Source: Octopus vulgaris | Lineage: Eukaryota | Assembly: GCA_951406725.2 (NCBI GenBank) | Contig: OX597815.1 | Coordinates: 126,976,001-127,040,000, forward strand | Length of the DNA: 64,000 nt | Direction of reading: 5' to 3' | Shown here: piece by piece, positions 1 through 13,301 of the stretch | Layout: each line of letters opens with the position of its first letter | How positions within the stretch are numbered: the first letter of the stretch is position 1 | Position numbers and translations under genes: made by a program | The notes under the pieces: model-generated | The model's input: only the letters and a program-made list of their open reading frames with translations | Databases searched by the model: none | What the model was told of the DNA's origin: nothing

Positions 1-94
1 ATCCTCTTGCTACCACCTGTACAATCCAATGAAGGACCATCTTCAAAAACAACTGGAAAGAAGTTAGTGCAACAGTGCATACATGAATATTTTT

Positions 95-250
95 ACACTA
101 AATTAATTGCAGTAGTCATTGTTATTTCTCATTTTATTGACTGCATCTATATAGATGGCATGTATGGCTCTCACAAGCCATTTGTCTACCTGTGCCTTTC
201 TCAGTCATCATCAGATCTCAAAGCAAGAGATCTTGTTAAAGGCTTTTAAC
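95..250 (-). mobile_element. RTE-clade LINE reverse transcriptase remnant
   Basis: The minus strand reads roughly KAFNKI...LRKAQVDKWLVRAIHAIY, matching the RTE RT segment also seen at 41190-41330. Contains stops. Confidence 0.55.
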
Positions 251-875
251 AAGAATACTAAGTACAGCAGCTTACTTTTAGCTAAGTAACTCTCCTGCAG
301 TTATTTCGCTAACATGAGGTACTCACTACCCTAGCTACCTTCTAGATTGTTGTCTCTGAAAAGAATAGCAATCAATAAGTAGTTATTGTAGGTCTTGCAG
401 CGATAAAAAATGTTCTGGTTGTTGAATGAAAAATCATTATCAGCCTCTTGACATTACTGTATTAAGTGCTAGGACTCATAGGATCAGTTACTTGTTTTCT
501 TTGGTTTATACTTGAATGACATTCCTCCTGTATAGGATGCTAGTCCCTCACATAGTTATTTATTTACAGCTGAGTGAACTGGAGCAATGTGAAATGAAGC
601 GCTTTGCTCAAAAACAGACTGAGGCAGGTGAAAGCTAGCAAGCTGAATCTTCAAAAACACTGTCACCCCTCTATAAGTATGATAGATATATTTCTTTTCC
701 TTTCTAGTTTCAGCTGAAGAGCCACAGCCATGCTAGGGCACCACAATTTGCTTTGCTACACTTTCACTGAACCTCCTCTGAAGTGGAGCATTTGGTGAAT
801 GAATGATTTTGATGTTGCTGCCCTCATCTGTGAAAATGCCTACATCCACTCCATGTAGGTCTCTTAGGATTTTTG

Positions 876-904
<29 letters not shown>

Positions 905-913
<9 letters not shown>

Positions 914-1085
914 ATTCGAGACAAAACCACTATTTTAAAACCAAACAAAGAAAGACTTAATCAATACATAAAATTTTAATATAAATTATTTTATTTATTT
1001 AATTTATATTAAAATTTTATGTATTGATTAAGTCTTTCCTTGTTTGGTTTTAAAATAGTGGTTTTGTCTCGAATTATATTATATA
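905..1085. repeat. Near-perfect fold-back (arms ~905-987 and 1001-1085) between (TA)n tracts
   Basis: ataattcgagacaaaaccactattttaaaacc...aatataaatt is the reverse complement of aatttatatt...ggttttaaaatagtggttttgtctcgaattatat. Loop is 13 nt. A unique tail runs to ~1170, then (TA)n. Confidence 0.95.
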
Positions 1086-1229
1086 ATATTTTACTATAAA
1101 ATTGGATTTAACCCTAAATCTGATTTTTCCCTGTAATTTTGGATTCTTTCCCTAATATTTATTATTATTATATATATATATATATATATGTATGGGATGA
1201 CCCAATATATTTTTATATATATAAATATA

Positions 1230-2792
1230 TTTGGTCATCCCATAAATAATACAGTTTTTTTTCAATTGCATGAACTAAAAGTCAGAGGGAAATGGGATAC
1301 CTGCAATCAACTTGCTATAAAAGCAGGTAGTAATTTTACTGTGTGCTTATTCTTAGTGCAAGTTTCAAAGGGGGCAGTTCGATTTGAACAGTTATTTTAT
1401 CAAAACTATAATGGAAGTGACAAAGGAGCATATTCAGTATATTTTGCTTTATGAGTTCAATAAAGGCAACAATGCAACGGAAAGTGTGAGGAATATTAAT
1501 ACATTATATGGGGATCAGACAGTAAGTGTAAGCCAATGTCAATGGTGGTTCCAGAAATTCCGAACTGGAAACTATAACTCAGAAGACTAACCTCATCCTG
1601 GAAAATCTGGAGAGCTCCATGAAGACATCTAGCAAACCCTGCTGGAACAAAATCCCATTGTAACTGTTGAGAAGCTTAGATTTATTCATTCAACCATTCA
1701 TCAACACCTGCATGCTATCAGAAAAGTCAGTAAATTGGGTCAATGGAATCCTCACAAAATTTCTGAGTCTAATCGCCTGCAGAGAGTGAATGCCTGATCT
1801 TTGCTGTTATGTCTCATGACTCAACCTTTTTTGGACTGAATAGTGACTAGTGATGAGAAATCATCATCATCATCATCATCATCGTTTAACGTCCGCTTTC
1901 CATGCTAGCATGGGTCGGGCGATTTGACTGAGGTATGGTGAACCAGATGGCTGCACCAGATTCCCATCTGATCTGGCAGAATTTCTACAGCTGGATGCCC
2001 TTCCTAACGCCAACCACTCCGAGAGTGTAGTGGGTGCTTTTACGTGCCACCAGCACGAAGGCCAGTCAGGCGGTACTAGCAACAGCCACGTTCAAATGGT
2101 GCTTTTTATGTGCCACCTGCACAGGAGCCAGTCCAGCGGCACTGGCAACGACCTTGCTTGGATGTTTTTTCATGTGACACCAGCACAAGTGCCAGTAAGG
2201 CGATACAGGTAACGATCACGTTGGGTTCTCTATAAAAATGTCAAGGACCAAAGACAGTGGGAATAGAAGGGAGAAACACCAACACTCCAGGCTAAAGGTC
2301 TTCACTCACATAAGGTGTTATCTGTTTGGTGGGATATGAAAGGTTTAGTCCACTTATGAGCAGCTAGAGTGGCTTATATCAGTAGTAGAAGAAAAATGTC
2401 CATCTTTGGCTTCAAGATAAAAGGTGTTCTTCCATCAGGATAATGCTCGGCCACATACAACGAGGAGGACATTCCAAAGGCTTGAACAGTTTGAATAGGA
2501 AATTATGCCTCACCCACCATATTTGCCAGGCATTGCCCCATCTGATTATCATTTATTCCGCAGTCTTCAAAATCACTTGGATGGAATAAATATGAATCCT
2601 GTAGATGAGGTCAGAACAGTACTGGAGGAGTATTTTTCATCACGGACAAGTGAATTTGGAAGAAGGGCCTTACAAGTCTACCACAGAAAAAATGAGCGGG
2701 TGTATATTTTAGATAAAAAAAGAACTTTGTTTATCTTAATTTTGAAAAATAAAAGAAGTTTAAGAAAAACACATTGTTTATGGGATGACATA
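1230..2792 (+). mobile_element. Full-length defective mariner (DD34D) transposon
   Basis: TIRs ttggtcatcccataaataat and attgtttatgggatgaca in TA context. Transposase from ATG 1411 (MEVTKEHIQYILLYEFNKG..., TSDEK|WVLY, HQDNARPH, PHPPYLPGIAPSDYHLFRSLQNHL), with stops and frameshifts. Confidence 0.93.
1861..2220 (-). mobile_element. RTE 3'-end/SINE module inserted into the mariner transposase
   Basis: (CAT)n tail plus the ...cttcctaacgccaaccactccgagagtgtagtgggtgc... module. It splits the mariner motif DEK|WVLY. Confidence 0.85.
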
Positions 2793-2919
2793 TATATATT
2801 TATGTATGTATGTATGTATGTATATGTGTGTGTATGTATGTATATATGTGTGTGTGTGTATGTATATATGTGTATGGGATTTATGGTATATTTATACTGT
2901 CATATACATATATATATAT

Positions 2920-3185
2920 ATGCCATGCTTGAGAAGAAGACCCATCAAGCCAAGTAAAATTGCAGTCATGCCAGATACTGGTGTCATGCAAATGGTACAC
3001 ATGCTAGTGGAATGTAAAAGCACCCATTACACTCTCAGAGTGGTTGGCATTAGGAAGGGCATCCAGCTGTAGAAACCATGCCAAATCAGACTGGTGTCCG
3101 GTGCAGCCTTCCAGCTTGCCAGCCCTGGTCAAACTCTCCAACCCATACTAGTCTGGACAATGAACGTTAAATGATGATGGTGATG
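2920..3185 (+). mobile_element. RTE 3' end with (GAT)n tail
   Basis: Codes ..MLEKKTHQAK* (cf. EKTRQAR* at 18120), followed by gagtggttggcattaggaagggcatccagctgtag and a gatgat tail. Confidence 0.8.
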
Positions 3186-3309
3186 TATATATACGTGATA
3201 CATACATATACATATACATATACACACACACACATATATATACACACATATACATACATACATACATACATACATACATACATACATACATACATACATA
3301 CATTCATAA

Positions 3310-5690
3310 AACTTAGATAAACTTAGATATGTTTTGACCAAAGATTGGTCCAGGCAATGTCTAACTTAATAGCACCACCTGATAGGATTATCTAAATCTT
3401 TTTTAAGTCAAGTTTTGTGTTATCATGGTCCATTCATGTAGGGAGCTCTTGCTGAGTTAGTTGTATCCAGGTTTGGGTGGCTTATCTGGTATTCCTTGAA
3501 GAAATTTGTCCAGACTCCATTTAAAGGTGATGGGATCCTTTTCCTCTTTGATCAGTTTTGGGACAATGTTAAACAGGGCAGGGTCTGTTGAGGAAAAAAA
3601 ATTGTGTCACAGTGTACCTATATGTTGTGATCTTGAATTGGGCAGGGGACGTATGGCCCATGGTCCCACCCTTGGATGAACCTTGAAGCTAATATTCAGG
3701 TCGTTTGGGCAATGCTAGCAGTATATTCTCCCCATTGTACAAATGATGTACCACTTGCAGCAGCGCTGGACAGAGTAGAGTTTCAAGGCTTTAAGGCGGT
3801 CCCAGTAATCGAGATCAGTCATGCCCTTAATTTGTTTAGTGAATGCTCTTTAGGGTGATTCAATTTTCGAGATATTTTGTTTTGTATGGTGAGACCACAG
3901 AGCGCAGCAGTATTTGAGGTGTGGCTGTACAAAGGAGGAGAAAAGTGGAATGATGACACTTTGCTCTCTGGACCAGAAGGTTTTTAAGATCCAGGAGCTC
4001 ATCCTATGAGCTATATCGACCTTATTGTTGATGTGGGCACTCCAACTGAGATAGTTACCAACAATTACTCCTAGGTTTTTGATATTATTAGATGCTGTGA
4101 GTGGTTTCCCTGAAGGAAGGGAGTATGGATGTTTTAGTATAGTCTTTCATCCAAAATGCATCAGCTCAAATTTTCCCTCATTTAGTTGCATTTTGTTTTT
4201 GTCTGCCCATTGACTCATCACATATAAATCAGACTGGAGTTGAGTTCGGTCTTCTTTTTCATTGAGGATTTTCTGGAGCTTAGTGTCATCAGTAAATATT
4301 TTCACTTTGTGTTTTATGACTCTGGAAAGTCGTTTACATAGATTATAAAAAGGAGTAAGCCCAAGACAGTCCCCTGGTGGACACCACTGGTGACTCTTGC
4401 TGGGCTTGAGTGGACTCCATCGACCACAACATGTTGTGCTCTATTTGCCAGGAAATATTCAATCCAGTGTAGAAGTTTTCCATTTTTGAGAGTAAGATAT
4501 TATGGTCAACCCTGTTGAACGCTTTACTGAAGTCAAGATATATGACATCAGAGTTCAAACTTGTTCCCAAGGCTCTAAGTATATCCTCAATATGGTGTAA
4601 GAGCTGTGTCCCTGCCACAGCGAAAGCCATGCTGATTTGCATTTAAGAGTCTGTGGATCTCCAGGAAGCCAGCTATCATTGATCTTACCACTCTTTCAAA
4701 CATTTTAATGATGTGGGAGGTGAGTGAGATTGGACAATAGTTGACTGCAAGGGATCTGTTTCTCTGTTTGCAAACTGAGATGACAGACTGGAATAGGAGC
4801 TCTTTCGGTATATAACCTGAGTCTAAAGAATTTCTTCGGAGGTTGGTCAAAGGGACTGTAAGTTGGTATCTACATTCCTTCAGGAGACTAGTGGGGAATC
4901 TATCAGGGCCTACAGCAGAATAGTATTTCACTTCATTTATTGCTGCTATGATGTTTGAGGTAGTCAAGGTTATGTCCGAGATTTTATGTAGGGAATCAAC
5001 TGCATTCGCTTAGCCTTACATCAATATCAGTGAGGTCACTAAAGACAGGGCAGTATTGTTTCTGCAGCATTTCTGCCATTTCTTTAGCATCATGTTGGGG
5101 AATGCCGTTATCATCAATCAATGGACCAATGGGTGAAACAGTGGTTCTATACTTATTTGCGTAAGAGTAGAACACTTTTAGGTTCTGTTTGATGTTTTTG
5201 ATTACCCACTGTTCATCTGTATCTCTTTGATTTTCAATGGAGGTTTTCATGTCAGTCTGTAGATGAAGTTTTTCCAACTCCAGGTTTTCCATTGTTGTTG
5301 AAAGAGGATGTTGTATGTGGGAATATTTTAATTGGTTGATTTTTTTAATTGAGTCTTTTTGATGCGCCTAATGAGTGTTTTTTTTTTCTTTTTAGGGAGC
5401 CGTTTTCTGTTTGTGTCAGTGGATTTCATAGGAGCATGTTTTAAGCATGTATAGGTGATGATGTTCTCAAAGTGCTGCCATGTGGTCTCAATGTGAGTGG
5501 AAGTGAGAGTGAAGGACCAGTTGATGAAGGACAGATCCTTTCTGATTGCTCCCCAGTCTGCTTTGTGGAAGTTATGTTGTAAAATAAGTGCAGTGGAGTG
5601 GGATTGGCTGGTTTGGCTTTGATATGCCAGGAATTAAAATTGCAGAGTATCATGTCGTGGTCTGAGAGGAGAGTTTTTTCAACTGAAATA
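3310..5690 (-). pseudogene. CR1/Jockey-group LINE ORF2 remnant (RT)
   Basis: Fragments read: KNIKQNLKVFYSYAN, SAVGPDRF, NYCPISLTSHIIKMFERVV, NQHGFR, DVIYLDFSKAFNRVDH, FTDDTKL, RPHLKYCCALW. Multiple frameshifts. Confidence 0.9.
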
Positions 5691-6263
5691 CTGTGCTCCC
5701 ATAACTTAGCAGTTCAGAGAAAGAGATTGATAGAATAAATATCAGGCATTAAAAAAAAAAACATAAGGTACTGGGATTGATTTGTTTGACTAAACCTTGC
5801 ACGGTAGTGCCCCAGTATGGCCACAGTCTAACAAGTGAAACAAAATAAAAGATAAAACCATAAAAGATGATGGCTGAGAGCATTTTTTATCGTGTTTTCT
5901 AACTTGCAGCACTCAGTCTATACATCAAATCAGCACATTGTCTGTGCTTACTATTTTCAAAAATTCTAAAAATAGCATCGTGTTCTTTAATAGAGAATTC
6001 TTTCATTTATGTCACAGCTTTCTCAGTTCTGTCATAATGATCATTGTCATAATACTCACATTACAAGTCTAAAGCTTTAAAAAAAAATGGAAATTGTTGA
6101 GGCAGATTTTCTACACCCAAATCTCACCTGTTTCCAAACAAGGTAATACAGCCCCATGGACAAACATTTTTCCATAAAAGACCGGAAATGACCAACATCA
6201 CTTTGTCTGATGAAGATGCTCACTTACAATCTTCAAATGATGTCAAGACAGGGTCACACACAA

Positions 6264-6305
<42 letters not shown>

Positions 6306-6486
6306 TACTTGATAAACATTTAAATATTCTATGAGTCTTCAGTTAGTGTTGAATGTTTACAAATCATGTATTATTAGGACAGTTATAAGCTATTGCCATT
6401 TTATCCCTGTTTCAATCCCACCCTTCACTACCTCCTCAATGATGACTGTGCTTCTTTTTATACAATGATTTTGTGTGCATGTCTAG

Positions 6487-6519
<33 letters not shown>

Positions 6520-6569
6520 AAGCAGAGGAAATTGAAAATGCAAATTATAGGCAGTCAAACAGATTCCCA

Positions 6570-7211
6570 GATGCATAGCAGTAGGGAGAACCTGTGGAAG
6601 AGGTAGACCCAGGAATATCTGGGATGAGGTGGTGACCGAAACCTTTGGAGATATGCTGTGCTTAAGAAGACCCAGCAAGCCAAGTGAGACTGTAACTATG
6701 GCCTATGCCAGTGCAGCATAACTGGCCTATTAAAGAGTACCCTTCAATCATTGAGTAATAAACCGCGTTTGCGAAGACCTGTTGAGTCAAGTGAAGTCAT
6801 TGTCATGGCTGACGACAGTACCATCTGATTGGCACCCATGCCGGTGGCACCTAAAGGCACCATTCGAGCTTGGTCAATGCCAATGCTGCTGACTGGTCGC
6901 ATGCCAGTAGCACGTAAAAAGCACCATTTGAGTGTGGTTATTGCCAGTGCCACTTGACTGGTTCCTGTGCCAGTGGCATGTAAAAAGCACCATTCAAGTG
7001 TGGTTGATGCCAATACTAGCTAACTGGCCTTCGTGCCAGTGACACGTAAAAAGCACCTACTACTTTCTTGGAGTGGTTGGCATTAGGAAGGACATCTAGC
7101 TGTAAAAACTCTAACAGATAAGGTTGGAGCTTGGTGCAGCCTTCTGGCTGGCCAGCCTTCAGTGAAACCATCCAACCCATGCCAGTATAGAAAGCAGACG
7201 TTAAACGACAG

Positions 7212-7260
<49 letters not shown>
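6570..7260 (+). mobile_element. RTE LINE 3' end and 3' UTR with internal tandem subrepeats
   Basis: TCGRGRPRNIWDEVV coding tail, then repeated ~50-60 bp units (gcacgtaaaaagcaccatt..) and a (GAT)n tail at ~7212-7258. Confidence 0.85.
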
Positions 7261-7279
7261 AAAAGATATAACAATTAGT

Positions 7280-8240
7280 ACAGCAGAGAATTTAGTGTCC
7301 AGGTAGGAGTTCATCAGGGTTTGGTTATCAGTCTCCTCTTGTTTATCATAGTCTCCCCAGATCATAACAAAGGAATTTAAGACCAGTTGCCCATGGGAAC
7401 TTCTCTATGCTGATGACATTGTTATTATAGCTGAAAGTGCAGAAGAATTATAATTAAAATTCCAGATATGGAAACAAAACCTAAAATCAAATGGTTTTAA
7501 GGTTCACTTAGCAAAGATAAAAGTTATAATTAGCAGGAAAACAGACAGGACACTAATCCCTTCAGGTAAATAGCCCTGTTCCATATAAAGATAAGGTGTT
7601 GGTAGACATTTCATACGGTATGCTCAGTGCAAACTATGGACTCATGAGAGGTCAACTGGATTCAAAGGAAGGTTAATAAAGAAAGTAGAATTTGTTTGTG
7701 GTATATGTACAGGAGCAAAAACCAATAAGAGCACACAGGCAATAGATGTCCTGCAATACATCTAGATGTTGTTGATTGTTTCTGTTCCTAATTAGCAGTA
7801 GAGTCAGATGCTCTGAAAGTATAGTTACTAGAATACAAATTGGTTGGAGAAATTTAAGAGAACTTACCTTTGAAAGTAACAAAAGCTTTCTTTCTCTCTA
7901 TAAAAGGTAGACTGCATGATGGCTGTGTACAAACAACAATGCTACATGGCTGTGAAATTTGAACTGTGAATGCAGAGGACATGCAAAGACTTGAAAGAAA
8001 TAAAACAAGTATGTTCCGATGAATATACAATGTCAGTGTGCATGTAATACAAAGCACAGAGAAAAATTGGGCATAAGTGGCATCAGATGAGATGTGCAGG
8101 AGAGAAGGTTGTGCTGGGATGGTCATTTGATGTGAATGGATGAGGACAGCTGTACAAAGGGCTTGTTGCTAAACATGGAAAGAATAAGTAGAAGTTGTGG
8201 GATGAAGTGGTGAAGACTGACCTCAAAATGTTAGTGTAAA
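7280..8240 (+). pseudogene. RTE-clade LINE RT/C-terminal remnant
   Basis: QVGVHQG...LLFII, CPWELLYADDIVIIAES, zinc-knuckle-like CKLWTH region, GRLHDGCVQTTMLHGCE. Confidence 0.88.
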
Positions 8241-8879
8241 TAAGAATTTGATTTTCTGTATATAAAAAAGAAATAGGAAAGGAATATTTGATTGTGTGCA
8301 TATAAAATAAATAAAAGTAATGATAGAATTCAATCTTAGTAACTAAAGGTATCCTAGTCCATTCACAGAACTCAAAAACTACAATATCAAAAAAAAAGAA
8401 GGAAAATGAAAAAGAAAGAAAGCAATTAAAACCCTTAATGAGAAAAAAGGAGAAGGCAATGGAATGTTGATTTTTAGAACGCTATTGCAATTTACTTTTT
8501 TTCCTAAAGCTACATTACATAATCAAAAATGGTTGCAAAAGTGGTAACACAGAAGAAATAGTTATAAGAGGAAATAAAAATAAAATTGAAAGGTATCGGA
8601 AAGTTTTCATTATGAATTTTTCTATGAAAAACCTACTTTATGAAAATAGTACAGAAACTTTTTCCTTTTATGCAAGCAAGTACTCAGGATGTTATCTCTT
8701 GAGCCCAACTTCTCATTTTACTGTAATAAATCTTGTGGATTATGCAAAAGATTACAACTTAGCTTCTTTCTACTGTAAACATATCTTATAAGCAAGTGTG
8801 AAATCAAGGTAAACCATTTTATATCAGAGATCTTAATAAACTCATACACTTATTCATTTATACATGTATCCTCCAATTC

Positions 8880-8940
<61 letters not shown>

Positions 8941-8959
8941 CATACGGATGTGTGTGTGT

Positions 8960-8990
<31 letters not shown>

Positions 8991-9160
8991 CAGAAATACA
9001 GAAGCTCAATTAAAGATTACAAACCTCATTCAGGGATAGCAAAATCCTATGAAAGTACTGGTTAGTTACCTATACAAAGAATATTGAACATTACATTTAA
9101 TACTCAACTGCAAGGTAACTATATAGACTGTGGTTTATATATACTTATTTATAATAATAA

Positions 9161-9492
9161 TAAGATGAGTAATTAATAAATCATCATTTATTAATTAAAA
9201 TATTGACAAACAGCCCAAACAGCTGTTTCAATTCCAGATTTCAGAAAATTAATTAAATTGAAAATTATTTGAAAGTCGAATTTCTTCCGAGGTAGATAAA
9301 GATATTCAAAAATTAAACCTCATTTGTATATCTTTATCTACGTCTGAAGAGATCCGACTTTCAAATAATTTCTAATTTTATTAATTAATTAATCTTCTGA
9401 AGATCTAGAATTGAAACAGCTGTAAGGGATGTTTGGCAATTTTTAATTAATAAATAATAATTTATTAATTACCTCTCTATTTTCTCATCTTA
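9161..9492. repeat. Diverged fold-back (arms ~9161-9308 and ~9323-9492) within a (TA)n-flanked element (8991-9492)
   Basis: acagctgtttcaattccaga pairs with tctagaattgaaacagctgt; aattatttgaaagtcg pairs with cgactttcaaataatt; gtagataaagatat pairs with atatctttatctac. Confidence 0.9.
9392..9430 (+). ncRNA. Minimal type I hammerhead ribozyme-like motif
   Basis: atctt-CTGAAGA-tctagaatt-GAA-ACAGCTGT-A^agggat. Core intact, palindromic stem III, GUA site. Stems I and II are weak. Confidence 0.6.
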
Positions 9493-10020
9493 TATATATA
9501 TATATATATATTCAACCAGAGATCAAACTAGTTTCAATTTTTTTCATAAACCCTTGTATTCTATTAATATTAATACATTGACCCATAAGTAAAGGCATGG
9601 CTATGTAGCTAAGAAGTTTGCTTCACAACCATCTAGTTCTGGGTTCATTCCCATTGTATAGCACTTGTGTTGCACATTTCACAGCATTACCTGTCACCAA
9701 CAGATTGAAATAGTAACTCAGTGTTTAGACTTTTAGTTGACATTATGACAGATCACTCTACAATTTTGAAGAATAGAGGAACAAAAAAGAAAAATCTCTT
9801 ACTTGGAAATCAGATAAGGTTTAACAACAGGAAGAACATCCAACTAGAGATCTTATATTTAAAGAAATCTCCATCCAAACTATGGTAGCATGGAATAACA
9901 GATATAAAATGAACAAATGAATTAATTCCTTTTATCTTTTCAATTGCCCTTCCACTTATAACATATTTTGTCAGTCAGACAAACAAATGGACAGATAGAC
10001 AGATGAATAGTTAGTATATT

Positions 10021-10055
<35 letters not shown>

Positions 10056-10697
10056 GGGGGGGAGGGAGGGAGCTCTGTATGTTTATGTTTCTATGGAATA
10101 ATTCAAGTTACATTTCTTTTATGCAAAACGTTACTGAATCATTCAATAAATTAAAAAATCATTGAAATAAATAGCAGACTGGAATGAACATTGGAGTCAA
10201 TATGCTTGAGTAAAAGCCCTTGAAAGGTATGACCACAGTCCAGTGACTGAAACCAGCGAAAAAATTTAAATAAAAGAAAACAGAAAGAATACCCATTTCT
10301 CATCCAAACAAAGTAGCCTTCATTAATTAATCCAGCAGTCTCAATCCCTGTAACCAATTGTTGCTCTGTTCACTAATCCATTGATCAAACACTCCAGCCA
10401 TCAGTGAATATATGTACAACACTATTTAGTTAATCTATCCATCCAACCATCAATCCATTAGTCTGTACAGCTGTCAGTTCGTCAGTCCATCCAGCCATCA
10501 CTAATTACAGCTAATCATCTATAAATTGATAACTGTTCATTGAATCATTTGACAATCCATTCAGCTATGCAGCTGGCCATTCCTCAATCCATTAAGCCAA
10601 CATTAAATCCATCTTCTCTTCTATCTATGCATTTATCTATCTACCTATATTTCTACCTATTTACCTATCTACCTGCCTATCTATCTTTTCATGTACA

Positions 10698-10836
<139 letters not shown>

Positions 10837-10932
10837 TTGATTGTCTGTCTGCCTATCAATCTGTCATATTTGTCTATTTAGCTGCCAATCTCTCTCTCTC
10901 TCTATCACTTTTTTGCTCTCTGTCTCTCTCTT

Positions 10933-11000
<68 letters not shown>

Positions 11001-11279
11001 AATGTAATCAGAAGACCATCCAATCTTCACAACAACCAGCCATCCAACAATCTTTTAACTCAACCATTCCCCACTCCACCCAGTCTTTTCAGGGCCAACT
11101 TACAAATCCTGTGAGAAGTAAGTACTTATGACATTGTATAAAACATAGAATGGACACATCGTAGAAGCCTCTCTTTTGAGAGAGAGAGAGAGAGAAAGAG
11201 AGGCTCATATTTTGTTTGTTTTTGTGCTGCAATACAATTAAGATACTTGCACATTATTTTAACCAGATATGGAGCATGA

Positions 11280-12309
11280 ATGAAAGAGAGAGCTAAGTAG
11301 AAGAGAAGAGAAAAAGAGAGAGAGAGAGCAGGGAAGAAGAATTTGTGTAATGAGGAAAGTGGGAAAAAGACAGGAGATAAAGGCAGTCGGTGTTAATGGT
11401 TGTGTTAATCAGAATGGATCTCAGAAGCACATGCATACATTTGTAAGTACATGTACTTGCACACCCTGCAGAAGTAAAGGGAGTGAGAGGCTACAAGAAT
11501 ATGACATTTTGTAGTGAAATACAAGTAGGAGTTGGGAGAGAAATGAAGGAATAAAGAGCAAGAAGAAAAAAGAGGGAGAGATAAAAAGAAGAGGAACAAA
11601 AATAAGAATAAGATTTTGACGATGAGGGAAGAAGGTGTCAGAGGTAGAAGGAAAAGTAGGTGCAGAGAAAGAGAGAGGAGGAGTGGGAGAATAGAGGGCG
11701 AAGGGGAAAAGAGAGAGGCAGAAAGAATGAGAGAAAGAGTGAGGATGTCGGCAGTAATAGCAGGAAATGTGTGAGAGACAGAGAGGAGGAGGGAAAGAGA
11801 AGGGAGAGAGGGAGCGAGACAGAGGGAAGGATAGAGACAGAGAAAGGAGAGAGAGAAAGCGGGAGAGAGAGAGGGAGGAAAGAAGAGAGAGGAGGAGCAA
11901 GAAATGGAGAAGGAAAGGAAAAGAGAGAGAAGTAAACAGAGAGTAAGAGGCTATGAGCAAGAGGAAAGATATATTAGGAGAGTGAGAGAGAGAGAGAGAG
12001 AGAGATGCATATATAAATATATAGATGTATAAAGAGATTTGGGAGAAAGGAAGAGAAAAGTGACTGGATGAGAGAAAGAGAGAGAGAGAATAAAAGACAG
12101 AGAGAGAGAGAGAGAACAAGAGATAGCATGTGTGTATGTGCGTGTGTGTATGCATGCTTGTATATGTGTATGTAATGGTAGTGTGTGTATGCATTGGTAG
12201 TGATGGCAACAGTTGTTTTGGTTAACAACAACAGTGGCAGCACATAACAGCAGCAACGTCAGCAGCAGTAGTAGTAGCAGTAGCAACAGCAGCAGCAATA
12301 ACAATAATC

Positions 12310-12358
<49 letters not shown>

Positions 12359-12400
12359 CCACAGAGCAATGATGATGACAATGATGATGATCATGATGGT
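11280..12400. repeat. Purine-rich low-complexity tract followed by CAG/TAG/GAT repeats
   Basis: GA-rich strand asymmetry. Explains the spurious 262-aa Leu/Ser/Phe ORF. Confidence 0.85.
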
Positions 12401-13222
12401 GATGATTTCTAACATAAGCACAAGACCAAAAATTTGTGGGTAGGGGTAAAAAATAATTATTAAAAAAATTAAGCCAGCAGTGTTTATTTACAGTCTTTTC
12501 TGGTTATTTTTCTCGTTTTTTTTTTTGGGGGGGGGGATTATTTTTAAAGACGCTGATTTATTTATTTATTTAAATTGAATAAGGTAGGGCAAGGAGGGAT
12601 TGATAGGAGGGGTGTAAAATGAGAGGCGCTTACTATTTGTTGATGTTGTAGCTGTTGTTATTATTGATAGTGTTGTTGTTTTTGTCATTGTTATTGTTGT
12701 TTAGCCCTAGGCCAGTCCTCGATGAGGAGATCGAAAGAATTTCAGTAATGGGTGCCAGTTCAACCTAGTCACATGACCATGTAGAGGTCCTCCCATTGGT
12801 TTGTTTCTTAAATTTTTTCTTGTTTTGCTAGATTTTTTTATTCTTGTTTTTACAATAAAATTTTCCATTTTATTTACATTATTTATAAATTTTGATTTTT
12901 TAAATTCATTTTATCTTCTGTTTTTAAATGTAGCAATAAATGAATGCTGTTATTCAAGGTTGTTTTCACTTTGATAAATTTATTTATATTATTATTATCA
13001 TTATCATCGTTATTTATTTATTTATTTGATTGATTACTTTTTAATGTTTATAATTTGCATTACTTTGACCCCCTCACAAAAAAAAAAAAAAATTACTGTC
13101 ACAAAATGTCTTCTTTCTTTTCTTTTCTTTTCTTTTATTTATTTTTTCCTTTTATCAGTTTTCTGAAACCTATAAAACTATAATTATGTCAATCATAGCT
13201 ACATGCATACACATACACAAAC

Positions 13223-13301
<79 letters not shown>

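Noticed and set aside
6830-7070. Regularly spaced repeats resembling a CRISPR array
   Set aside because: The units are degenerate tandem subrepeats of an RTE 3' UTR without unique spacers. The context is eukaryotic and there are no cas genes.
11093-11117. Possible 25-nt micro-exon (tttcag|...|gtaagt)
   Set aside because: Splice-like motifs alone are expected by chance in 64 kb, and no partner exons were identified.
11421-12209. 262-aa ORF and overlapping ORFs
   Set aside because: Translation of GA/CT low-complexity sequence, with no domain or splice support.
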